From the NCBI GenBank assembly GCA_903831815.1, contig CAIKZC010000010.1:162474-226473 (forward strand): a DNA stretch of 64,000 nucleotides, written 5' to 3'. Position 1 is the stretch's first letter. Each line of letters starts with the position of its first letter. Origin of the DNA: an uncultured bacterium. GTDB lineage: Bacteria; Patescibacteriota; Minisyncoccia; Phycocordibacterales; UBA11359. Below the pieces are notes generated by a model. The model saw nothing but the letters and a program-made list of their open reading frames with translations, was not told the DNA's origin and made no database searches. Below, one piece after another: positions 57,617-64,000 of this stretch. The translations under genes were made by a program, and so were the position numbers.

Positions 57617-58483
57617 GTGGCAGTCGCATTTACAAAACCAAATATAAAGGTAGGGCAACCAGTGGTGGTTGTTAAATCCAATGGCGAGCGTGAACCGTTC
57701 AATGTTTTAAAGCTTGTAAACTCACTGCTTAATGCTGGCGTTTCTCCTACTGGTGCACAAAAAATCATTTCGACAGTACAAAGTGAACTTGTTGATGGCA
57801 TGACCACGGCGGAAATATATAAACACGCTTTTTTCTTGCTTCACAAAATGGAAAAGCAAAGCGCGGTGCGTTACTCGATGCGTAGGGCGCTTTCCGATCT
57901 TGGTCCGTCCGGATTTCCATTTGAAAAGTTTGTGGCCGAGATTTTCAAAGCTCAAGGCTATACTATCGAGACAGATCAAATGATCAAAGGTTATTGTGCC
58001 GAGCACGAGCTTGATGTGGTGGCTTACAACGACAAAAAGTTGATCATGACCGAAGTGAAGTTCCATAATCAAAACGGAATTAAAACCGATCTCAAAGTGG
58101 CTTTGTATGTCAAAGCGCGTTTTGATGACTTGCGTAAAATGCATTATCACTACGGTGGTCGCGATATGATGTTATCGGAAGGTTTGCTTGTTACCAACAC
58201 AAAATTTACCAAAAGCGCCATTAGCTATGCCATGTGCGCCGGTGTCGGCATGATCGGTTGGAACTATCCAGCTCGAGGCAACCTCCATGATTTGATCGTG
58301 CAACACAAAATGCATCCAATCACATCACTTATTTCAATCTCGGCTGATGAGAAAAAATATTTGATTGGACGCGGTTTCGTGCTTTGTTCTACTGTTATGG
58401 ATAAATTGTCCGTGTTGCATGAAGGCGGTTTCAGCCAAAAAAGAATTGATGATATTATTAAGGAAATCAAAGCGTTGCAATAA
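57617..58483 (+). CDS. ATP-cone domain fused to Mrr-like (restriction endonuclease, PD-(D/E)xK) catalytic domain; GTG start
   Basis: The N-terminus VVVKSNGEREPFNVLKLVNSL resembles an ATP-cone. FEKFVAEIFKAQGYTIE...HELDVVAY...MTEVKF fits the Mrr_cat D-(D/E)xK pattern. Confidence 0.6.
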   Translation: MAVAFTKPNIKVGQPVVVVKSNGEREPFNVLKLVNSLLNAGVSPTGAQKIISTVQSELVDGMTTAEIYKHAFFLLHKMEKQSAVRYSMRRALSDLGPSGFPFEKFVAEIFKAQGYTIETDQMIKGYCAEHELDVVAYNDKKLIMTEVKFHNQNGIKTDLKVALYVKARFDDLRKMHYHYGGRDMMLSEGLLVTNTKFTKSAISYAMCAGVGMIGWNYPARGNLHDLIVQHKMHPITSLISISADEKKYLIGRGFVLCSTVMDKLSVLHEGGFSQKRIDDIIKEIKALQ

Positions 58484-58516
58484 GTTGTAAATTATTAAAA
58501 TTTTTAATTTAAAAAT

Positions 58517-59035
58517 ATGAATTTTTTTATCGCAAGTTTTGTACAGTATCAGGTCGTTTTTCTCCAACTTATTTTAGCTTTACTTCTCGGAATGGTACTT
58601 GGTGTACAACGTACTCTTTCTGGTAAAAATGCTGGGATGCGCACATATTCTCTGGTTTCGATGGGTTGTGCTTTGCTTGTGATTATTGCTCAAACTGTTA
58701 TTGCCACATATCCGACAAAAATAAATTTTGATCCGCTCTCACTTGCCGGCAGCGTGATGCAAGGTATCGGTTTTCTCGGCGCAGGTCTCATCATTTTTCA
58801 TGGCACCAAGGTCAATGGCTTGACCACCGCTGCCGGCATCTGGATCTCGGCCGCCATCGGTATTGCCGTCGGTTATGAAATGTATGCTATCGCTATTTTT
58901 GCCACACTTTTAACTTTGATCGTTTTCACTTTGCTCTGGACTTTTGAAAGCAAGGTTCGCACACGTTATGCTCACGATTCCATTTTTGATGATGCCGATA
59001 GTGAAGAAGATTCACAAATAATCAAGAAAATATAG
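58517..59035 (+). CDS. MgtC/SapB family membrane protein
   Basis: LLGMVLGVQRTLSGKNAGMRTYSLVSMGCALLVI matches the MgtC N-terminal signature. Confidence 0.8.
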   Translation: MNFFIASFVQYQVVFLQLILALLLGMVLGVQRTLSGKNAGMRTYSLVSMGCALLVIIAQTVIATYPTKINFDPLSLAGSVMQGIGFLGAGLIIFHGTKVNGLTTAAGIWISAAIGIAVGYEMYAIAIFATLLTLIVFTLLWTFESKVRTRYAHDSIFDDADSEEDSQIIKKI

Positions 59036-59041
59036 TATAAT
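59036..59041 (+). promoter_or_regulatory. -10 box TATAAT exactly 6 nt upstream of the ATG at 59048
   Basis: atagTATAATcgctgtATG. Confidence 0.5.
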
Positions 59042-59047
59042 CGCTGT

Positions 59048-59887
59048 ATGGCAGGAAATAATAGTAACGAAAACAAACGAGCTTACAATCCAAAACGTAG
59101 TGCCGATTGGAATTATGGCGGCAAAAATTGGAAACTTTCTCGATCGAAGATAGACTTTTTTAAAGAATGTCCACGTTGTTTTTATATTGATAACAAATAC
59201 GGCGTGGCTCGTCCAAAAATGCCGGCTTTTACTTTGAATGTGGCGGTTGACGCTTTGCTTAAAAAAGAATTCGATACTCATCGTGTTGGTCAAACCGCTC
59301 ATCCACTCATGAAGAAGTATGGTGTTGAGGCAATTCCTTTTTCATATCCCGAAATTGATGCTTGGCGCGAAAATTTTGTTGGCATTCAATATCGTCACGA
59401 GGAGACGGGAATGCTCATAACCGGTGCCATTGATGATGTTTGGGTCAATCCGGCAGGGGAACTCATTGTGGTTGATTACAAGGCCACTTCCAAGGACGGC
59501 AAGTTGGATTCGTTGGATGACAGCAGTTGGAAAGAGCAATACCAGCGACAACTCGAGGTCTATCAATGGCTCCTTCGTCAAAAAGGTTTTAAAGTTTCTT
59601 CGACCGGATATTTTGTGTATGTAAACGGTCAAAAAGATCGCGCAGCTTTTGATGGTAAACTTGAATTTGAGATCACTCTCATTCCTCACACAGGCGACGA
59701 CAGTTGGGTAGAAAAAACTCTTTTAAATATTAAAAAGTGCTTGGACGACAAACGTTGTCCTCTGCCTTCCAAAACTTGCGAATTTTGCGCGTATCGTTTG
59801 GCTATGCATGATGCGTTAGTAACCGCAAAAGGCGAAGGCGAGACCAAAACTTCCGGAAAAGATCCCGAAAAGAAAACTCTATTTTAA
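59048..59887 (+). CDS. PD-(D/E)XK nuclease superfamily protein with Cys cluster (Cas4/RecB-nuclease-like fold)
   Basis: AIDDVWVNPAGELIVVDYK gives D...E-x-K. Cys residues in CPRC (N-terminal) and C-x5-C-x6-C-x2-C (C-terminal) are reminiscent of the Cas4/DUF83 Fe-S arrangement. Confidence 0.5.
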   Translation: MAGNNSNENKRAYNPKRSADWNYGGKNWKLSRSKIDFFKECPRCFYIDNKYGVARPKMPAFTLNVAVDALLKKEFDTHRVGQTAHPLMKKYGVEAIPFSYPEIDAWRENFVGIQYRHEETGMLITGAIDDVWVNPAGELIVVDYKATSKDGKLDSLDDSSWKEQYQRQLEVYQWLLRQKGFKVSSTGYFVYVNGQKDRAAFDGKLEFEITLIPHTGDDSWVEKTLLNIKKCLDDKRCPLPSKTCEFCAYRLAMHDALVTAKGEGETKTSGKDPEKKTLF

Positions 59888-59991
59888 CTGAAGACTTGTG
59901 GATAACTAGCTATTGTTTGTTAGTTCAATGAGTATAGTATTAAATCCAGATTGTTTAAACTTCCTGGTCCCTTTTTTTGGGGGTAACTATC

Positions 59992-60252
59992 ATGCCGGGT
60001 CCGAAACTGACTGAGAATGAACTTCATGAACACCTCAGCGAATTTCGTGTAAAGGCTTTTTGCCTGCGCAGCACTGACTTGTACAACGCTGTTAACCCTT
60101 CCGGTCCTTGGATTCCGCGGGATACTGCGTTGACGGATGAGCAGAAAAATCGGCTGATCATCTGTTTCATCCAGTTTCGCGGTTTGAAAGGCTTCGCTGA
60201 GAGATTGGCCGAAGAATCGGTTTCTCGGCCAGAATTAGAGGCCGTTGGGTAG
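59992..60252 (+). CDS. Hypothetical small protein (GC-rich cassette); alternative TTG start 59977
   Basis: 86-aa ORF at ~50% GC, followed by a terminator. Confidence 0.4.
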   Translation: MPGPKLTENELHEHLSEFRVKAFCLRSTDLYNAVNPSGPWIPRDTALTDEQKNRLIICFIQFRGLKGFAERLAEESVSRPELEAVG

Positions 60253-60282
60253 TGGCAGTGTGTCGCAGCGTCGAAGTTATGG

Positions 60283-60310
60283 TGGGTGCTCTCGGCCCAC
60301 CTCTTTTTTT
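60283..60310 (+). terminator. Rho-independent terminator (GTGGGT...GCCCAC + CTCTTTTTTT)
   Basis: gtgggtgctctcggcccacctcttttttt. Confidence 0.65.
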
Positions 60311-60312
60311 GT

Positions 60313-60318
60313 TATAAT
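60313..60318 (+). promoter_or_regulatory. -10 box TATAAT exactly 6 nt upstream of the UDG ATG at 60325
   Basis: gtTATAATcattttATG. Confidence 0.5.
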
Positions 60319-60324
60319 CATTTT

Positions 60325-60942
60325 ATGCCGACTGATCTAAATACTAAAGAACGTGATGAGGCTTTAAAGCAAATCAAAGACGAAGTTTTGGTTTTGAAAA
60401 GCTCACCGCTATATGCCGAGCGCATAAAAAATGGCGCTTTTCCGGTGATAGGTGAGGGAAGTCACTTTGCCGAAATCATGTTTGTGGGCGAAGCGCCGGG
60501 TCGTAATGAGGCCAAAAGCGGCCGGCCGTTTTTTGGAGCGGCGGGCAAAATTCTGAATGAACTTTTGGATTCGGTTGGAATAAAACGCGAAGATGTATAT
60601 ATCTCTAATATCGTCAAGGATCGCCCGCCGCAAAACCGTGACCCGCTACCAGAAGAAATCGAGAGTTACGGCCCGTTTCTAGATCGACAGATAGAGATAA
60701 TTCAACCAAAAGTTATTGCAACTCTCGGGAGATATTCCATGGTCTATATTATGCAAAAATTTGGTTTGGGAGCTCAACTTGAGCCCATTTCCGCGGCTCA
60801 TGGCAAATGGTATGAAGCCAAAGCAAGTTATGGTATGGTGACTATTGTACCGTTATATCATCCAGCTGCGGCTATATATAATCAGCATTTAAAAGGTACG
60901 CTGAAAAAAGATTTTGAGATTATGAAAAAATTTCTTATATAA
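60325..60942 (+). CDS. Uracil-DNA glycosylase, family 4
   Basis: GEAPGRNEAKSGRPFFGAAGKIL...ISNIVKDRPPQNRDP...VIATLG matches family-4 UDG motifs. ATG 60325 preferred over the track start 60286, which would overlap the terminator. Confidence 0.8.
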   Translation: MPTDLNTKERDEALKQIKDEVLVLKSSPLYAERIKNGAFPVIGEGSHFAEIMFVGEAPGRNEAKSGRPFFGAAGKILNELLDSVGIKREDVYISNIVKDRPPQNRDPLPEEIESYGPFLDRQIEIIQPKVIATLGRYSMVYIMQKFGLGAQLEPISAAHGKWYEAKASYGMVTIVPLYHPAAAIYNQHLKGTLKKDFEIMKKFLI

Positions 60943-60951
60943 TGTAATTCT

Positions 60952-62472
60952 ATGGCAAAAAATAAATCAATAGAAACTCTCAAAAATAGATTGCGGGAGA
61001 TCGCGTATTTTACTTCGATCTCTGCCATTTTGCATTGGGATCAAGAAGTTCATATGCCTAAAAAAGCGATCGAATACCGCGCCAAGACAATGGCTGAAAT
61101 AAGTGCGATCATTCACCAAAAATTTACGGCTCTCGATCATGACAAATTATTGACTAATCTTAAGAACGAAATCCCGGAGGGGAAGTATTCTGATGAGGAA
61201 GAATCGCTTATTTTGGAATGCTGGCGAGATTATAGTCTAGAAACAAAACTACCGGAAGATCATGTTCGGGCAGTTAGCGAATTATCTTCAAAAGCGCATC
61301 ATTATTGGATTGAGGCCAGAAAACAATCGGATTTTTCTCTGTTTCTCCCGTGCTTAGAAAAAACTATAGCATTGCAGAAAAAGACCGCCGAATATTTGGG
61401 TTATGAAAAATCTCCATATGATGCTCTGCTTGATATTTATGAGCCTGGTATGACTACCGAAAAAGCTTTAGTTATATTAAATGACGTTAAAGATTTTCTG
61501 GTACCGTTTCTGGCCAAAATTAAAAAGTCTAAAATAAAAATCGATTCGAAAAAACTTTTTGGTAAATTTCCAATTGACGAGCAGATCGTTTTCAATAGAT
61601 TTGTGGCTGAGAAGCTGGGTTACGACCTAGATGCGGGAAAAATAGATGCCAGTACGCATCCTTTTACCATCACTTTTCATCAGACTGATGTTCGAATCAC
61701 GACTCGTTACAAAACCGAAGATGTTCTATATTCACTAGGTTCGACGATTCACGAAACAGGTCATGCGCTATATGAACAAGGTTTAATTGGGAATGATTTT
61801 GGCACACCGCTAGGACAGGCGATATCTTTGGGAATTCATGAATCACAATCGCGCATGTGGGAAAATAATATTGGCAAAAGTCTGGAATTTTGGAAATATT
61901 TTTATCCGAAACTGCAAAAAGCTTTTCCTGTGCCGTACAAAAAAGTTCCACTTCAGGAGTTTTATTCGATAATAAATAAAGTGACACCGTCGCTGATTCG
62001 AACTGAAGCAGATGAAGTGACGTACAATTTGCATATAATCTTGCGTTTTGAGATCGAAAAAGAACTTATTGAAGGAACACTTCTAGCCAAAGATGCACCA
62101 AAAGTTTGGAATGAAAAAATGAAAAAATATTTTGGTGTCACGGTACCGAACGATCGTTTGGGAATCCTGCAAGATGTTCATTGGTCAGGTGGATCATTTG
62201 GCTATTTTCCAACATATAGTTTTGGAAATTTGTACTCAGCCCAATTTTATGCGGCTATGTTAAAAGATATTCCGGATTTGACCATAAGATTTGCCAAAGG
62301 TGATTTTGTCGCGGCTCGCGAGTGGTTACGCAAAAAGATCCATGTTCACGGCAAGCGATACACGGCCTCCGAGCTTGTTCTCGAGGTAACCGGCGAGCCG
62401 CTATCAAGCAAATATTTTCAAGATTATCTAACTGAAAAGTATTCCAAGATTTACAATCTCAAAAATAAATAA
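60952..62472 (+). CDS. Carboxypeptidase Taq-like metallopeptidase (M32 family)
   Basis: HETGHALYEQG (HExxH), HESQSRMWEN and IRTEADEVTYNLHIILRFEIE are M32 signatures. Confidence 0.85.
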   Translation: MAKNKSIETLKNRLREIAYFTSISAILHWDQEVHMPKKAIEYRAKTMAEISAIIHQKFTALDHDKLLTNLKNEIPEGKYSDEEESLILECWRDYSLETKLPEDHVRAVSELSSKAHHYWIEARKQSDFSLFLPCLEKTIALQKKTAEYLGYEKSPYDALLDIYEPGMTTEKALVILNDVKDFLVPFLAKIKKSKIKIDSKKLFGKFPIDEQIVFNRFVAEKLGYDLDAGKIDASTHPFTITFHQTDVRITTRYKTEDVLYSLGSTIHETGHALYEQGLIGNDFGTPLGQAISLGIHESQSRMWENNIGKSLEFWKYFYPKLQKAFPVPYKKVPLQEFYSIINKVTPSLIRTEADEVTYNLHIILRFEIEKELIEGTLLAKDAPKVWNEKMKKYFGVTVPNDRLGILQDVHWSGGSFGYFPTYSFGNLYSAQFYAAMLKDIPDLTIRFAKGDFVAAREWLRKKIHVHGKRYTASELVLEVTGEPLSSKYFQDYLTEKYSKIYNLKNK

Positions 62473-62485
62473 TAAACTCAACTTT

Positions 62486-63754
62486 TTAAACTCGAAGGAT
62501 CCCCTTAAATTTGTCGTTATCATTATACTTACCGACAATTGCCATATTCAGTGTTTCGTTTTTTAAAATTTCCTTGGCTAATTTGGAGACATCGGCTGAC
62601 GTAATCTTTTCTATTTCAGCTTCTATTTCTTTGGGAGTTTTAATTTCCTGTTTGAAAATTTCTTGTGAACCGTAAAAATTGGCGAGTTCGTCGGATGATT
62701 CAAGACCTAGATACATATTGCCGATGAGATAGTCCTTTGCTTTACGTAACTCCGGTTCCGGGATTTTTTCATCTCGTATTCTTATTATTTCATCCAAAAT
62801 TCCCTTGATACCTTGCTCAACTCGACCTGAATCAACTCCGGCTGAAATAGTCAACGTACCATGATCGGTGTAATCGTTGATTCCTGAACGCACGTAATAA
62901 CAAATGCCAAGTTCCTCACGCATTTTCTGGAAGAGGCGAGAGCTCATGCCATTACCGAGTACTGCCGAGAGCAATCTCAAAACCGGCATTCTTTTGTCGT
63001 AAAAATCAAAAGTTCTGACACCGATAACGACATGAGTTTGATCGGTCTCTTTAAATTGAACTCTTGTCTTTGGCTCACTTTGTTTTTCCGTCACTTTTTT
63101 CTTTTTGTCATTCTGACTTGTTGGGATATCCGCAAAAGCTTTCTGAACTTTTTTAAAAATACTTGGCACATCAATATCACCGGCAACAACGATTGTCGTA
63201 GCTGAAGCGACATAATGCTCTTTACGATATTTTATAAAATCATCACGCTTAAAAGAAGTGACCGTTTCTTCGGTTCCAGCGATACTTCGTCCGGCCGGTT
63301 GATCACCATAAAGAAGCTCATCAAAAACTTCATGCACCAATCTTTGGGGCAAATCCTTGTACATATTAATTTCTTCCACAATCACGCCTTTTTCGGTTTC
63401 CAAATCATTGGCCGGAAAAGTCGGATGTAAATACATGTCAGAGATGATGTCCAATATCTTATCGGTATGTTTATTGTGAGCTCGTGCCCAATAGCAAGTA
63501 ACTTCTTTATCAGTAAAGGCGTTGTGCTCAGCGCCAAGAGAATCAAACTCACGAGAAATATCAATTGATTTCGGTCTTTTTTCCGTTCCTTTAAAGCACA
63601 TATGTTCCAAAAAATGTGAAATACCGTTCATTTGTCTACTTTCGTATTCAGAGCCAGCTTCAATTAGAGACATAACCGTTACGGAAGGCGCATTTTTTAT
63701 CGGCACAGCCATAATTCTTAAACCATTTTTCAAAATTTTCTTTTTGTAGTTCAT
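62486..63754 (-). CDS. M16 family (pitrilysin/insulinase-like) zinc peptidase
   Basis: HFLEHMCFKGT (inverted zincin HxxEH motif) near the N-terminus; 422 aa. Confidence 0.85.
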   Translation of the reverse strand: MNYKKKILKNGLRIMAVPIKNAPSVTVMSLIEAGSEYESRQMNGISHFLEHMCFKGTEKRPKSIDISREFDSLGAEHNAFTDKEVTCYWARAHNKHTDKILDIISDMYLHPTFPANDLETEKGVIVEEINMYKDLPQRLVHEVFDELLYGDQPAGRSIAGTEETVTSFKRDDFIKYRKEHYVASATTIVVAGDIDVPSIFKKVQKAFADIPTSQNDKKKKVTEKQSEPKTRVQFKETDQTHVVIGVRTFDFYDKRMPVLRLLSAVLGNGMSSRLFQKMREELGICYYVRSGINDYTDHGTLTISAGVDSGRVEQGIKGILDEIIRIRDEKIPEPELRKAKDYLIGNMYLGLESSDELANFYGSQEIFKQEIKTPKEIEAEIEKITSADVSKLAKEILKNETLNMAIVGKYNDNDKFKGILRV

Positions 63755-63820
63755 AATCCAACGATACCTCTAAATAGAGCCAAAATCAAATTTGGTAATA
63801 TCAACGATTTATTGTAGGAT

Positions 63821-64000
63821 ATGTCTATGACGTCAGAAGAAATACGTTCCAAATTTCTGGAGTTTTTCAAAAAACGCGGGCACGCTATCATCCCTTCAGC
63901 TTCGCTTATTCCGGAAAATGACCCATCCGTGCTCTTTAATACTGCGGGTATGCAGCCCTTGGTGCCATATCTACTCGGAGCCAAGCATCCTGCCGGTGTT
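63821..64000 (+). CDS. alaS: Alanine--tRNA ligase, N-terminal fragment (3'-partial, runs off window)
   Basis: [46 protein letters not shown] matches the AlaS N-terminus. Confidence 0.8.
   Translation, partial: MSMTSEEIRSKFLEFFKKRGHAIIPSASLIPENDPSVLFNTAGMQPLVPYLLGAKHPAGV

Overview
The window is a 64-kb AT-rich bacterial chromosomal segment, roughly 38-40% GC by eye, with standard genetic code. TGA is used as a stop codon and a 15.6-kb ORF stays open under code 11. Nearly all genes are co-oriented on the + strand. There is a housekeeping backbone: uvrC (5'-partial), ddl, tRNA-Val and tRNA-Ala, zwf-pgl, gpsA-like, ychF, leuS, mltG, mnmA, family-4 UDG, M32 and M16 peptidases, and alaS (3'-partial). 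Interleaved with it is a large cell-envelope/surface block. That block holds two tandem GH26-like secreted paralogs, a GT2 glycosyltransferase, a NodB-type deacetylase carrying a C-terminal dockerin, and a 5194-aa giant surface protein. The giant protein has about 40 Gly-rich GLUG-like repeats, 13 FN3 domains, a (Gly)12 linker and a C-terminal dockerin. Each dockerin-bearing gene is followed by one or two small membrane-anchored proteins with cohesin-like beta domains. Seven short GC-rich (~50-55%) cassettes are scattered through the window. Each encodes an orphan protein with its own sigma70-like promoter or RBS and its own Rho-independent terminator. A composite accessory region (3.7-9.5 kb) sits next to the tRNAs. 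It contains two GC-rich ORFs, a DEAH-box SF2 helicase with a long unknown C-terminal extension, a candidate sRNA with promoter and terminator, and a duplicated 24-nt identical box. A Nudix / ATP-cone-Mrr endonuclease / Cas4-like PD-(D/E)XK nuclease cluster lies at 57-60 kb. Four genes carry a perfect TATAAT exactly 6 nt before the ATG, which implies leaderless mRNAs. Truncated UvrC, giant surface proteins and many orphan genes suggest a reduced-genome (CPR/Patescibacteria-like) organism, but this is inference. No rRNA, CRISPR array, transposase or integrase was recognised.
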